Assembly: GCA_002245135.1 (NCBI GenBank)
Contig: NGBS01000303.1
Span: 1-64,000, forward strand
Reading direction: 5' to 3'
Length of the DNA stretch: 64,000 nt
From: Proteromonas lacertae
Lineage: Eukaryota
Below, in pieces: positions 62,586-64,000 of this stretch. Within the stretch, counting starts at the first letter, position 1. Each line of letters begins with the position of its first letter. The position numbers and the translations under genes were made by a program. The notes beneath the pieces were generated by a model. That model worked only from the letters and a program-made list of their open reading frames with translations. It was not told the origin of the DNA and ran no database searches.

Positions 62586-63891
62586 CATTACATAGAATCA
62601 TTTGCGGTTGTGGAATTAATTGAACTTCTTGTGGTTGTTCTATCATCTGAATCTGCATTTGTTGATCTTGCATATCCATCTGTTGTTGCGGTTGTTGTTC
62701 TATCTGTAACTGTAATTGTAATTGTTGTTGCATTTGCTGATTCTGTTGTTCAATTTGTTGTGGTTCATAGTAACAGTATGGATCATTACTGTAAGCATAC
62801 TGTTGTTGATCTTCATCTTCATTATTATAATTATTACTATTATCTATACAGTGTGATATGGATGTTGGTGTAACTGATGCTGATCTTGGAGTAACTGTAG
62901 TTGATGATGATAAAGATGGTGGTGAAGCTGCAGGGACAGGAATATCTAATTGAGGAGAATAAGTTATACCATTATTATTGTAAATTATTGGGTTATTATT
63001 ATTATTATTTTGAAATATTGCACCACCATATTTTTTCAATATTCTTGTTCCTATCCTTGGTTTTGATTTCATTTCATAATATTCTTTTACTTCTTTTCTT
63101 TTTTCTTCAGATATTTTTAAATTATCTATTAATTGATCTAGTGTAAATCCATTTTCCACAAAATTGTAAAATCCGAGCTTTATCATTGGTTCTGTATGAC
63201 TTTCTATATACTTCTTTTTGGCTTTTGAATTAAAGCGGTTTTTGATGTTATTTTCACTTCTTCCTGGAATTATTTTAGCTATTTCTGCCCATTTATTACC
63301 AATCACTTTTTGTAATTCAAATAATAGGATATCTTCCTCTTCTGTCCACTCAGATCGTTTGATACTTTGATCTAAATAGTTCAGGTATCTTTCTCTACAT
63401 TGCTTACCACTACGACCTTTTAGCTTATTAGCTACATCACTCCATTTTATATCATCTATTCCATTTGCTTCTACAGCATTTAAAATAATTCTGTCTTCTT
63501 CTGACGTCCAAGGTCCTTTAATTATTTCTGGTGATGTGATAATCCTCCACCGACGCATGCACTGTATTTCACTTCTTGTTCCTACGTAATCTGCAATCAA
63601 CCTCCAATTTTTGTGTGGATATTTTTTAAAACCAATTTGTAACCTTCTATCTTCCTCTTTTGACCATTTTTCTATTGAGTTCATTTTTCCTTTCTGTTTG
63701 GCGGTTGTATTTAAGTGTAATGTGTGTTCTAGATATTTATTCGGACTTTCACTTAGTGCTGAAGAAGGACTGACACTTACATCAGATAGTGGTGATGTAG
63801 ATCCTAATATTACAAATGGCGGTGTCAAAGTGTCATATTCCTCAATAGTGTGTGAAGTAATATCCGGTATAGCTATTGATGTTGTAGACAT
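62236..63891 (-). CDS. Three-repeat MYB transcription factor (MYB3R-like)
   Basis: KWSKEED, KGPWTSEED..GKQCRERY, WTEEED..GNKWAEIAK..GRSENNIKN; Q/N-rich tail. Confidence 0.92.
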
Positions 63892-64000
63892 CAGTAAAAT
63901 ATGTATTATAAATTACAAAATTAACAAACTCCCAAAAAGGCAAAATATGTTCAAGCCAAGTATTTTCTGAGTCATTTGAATTTTTAATACTATCGTGTTG

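Noticed and set aside
7279..63891. Stop codons created by polyadenylation, as described in Blastocystis
   Set aside because: The genes I traced end in genome-encoded stops; cDNA would be needed to show otherwise.
1..64000. CRISPR arrays, tRNA or rRNA genes
   Set aside because: None recognised; the only short tandem repeats are simple (TA)n, (TTA)n and (CAA)n tracts.

Overview
AT-rich, gene-dense eukaryotic genomic DNA in the standard code, with very short GT-AG introns (mostly ~24-45 nt, several exactly 30 nt) and 60-90 bp divergent promoters. This architecture and the gut-type enzymes (PepD, NanA/NPL-like lyase, secreted GH2) suggest a Blastocystis-like stramenopile; the taxon is an inference. 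Positions 1 to ~6.96 kb hold an intronless endogenous Polinton-like virus segment: minor capsid, major capsid, A32 packaging ATPase, a fibre-like ORF, two unknown ORFs and a structured terminal region. It runs off the left edge of the window. The rest is mostly housekeeping genes. Highlights: two U12-type introns (AT-AC in a PP2C gene, AT-AA in a phosducin-like gene); a uORF-rich AdoMetDC leader with a Pro-Pro-stop uORF overlapping the main start; a near-identical inverted peroxiredoxin duplication; and, at 40-50.5 kb, a family of membrane-anchored stalk plus SPRY-like genes (one bracketed by 163-bp direct repeats) alternating with paralogous secreted Cys-rich proteins. All product calls come from motif recognition by eye; no searches were run.
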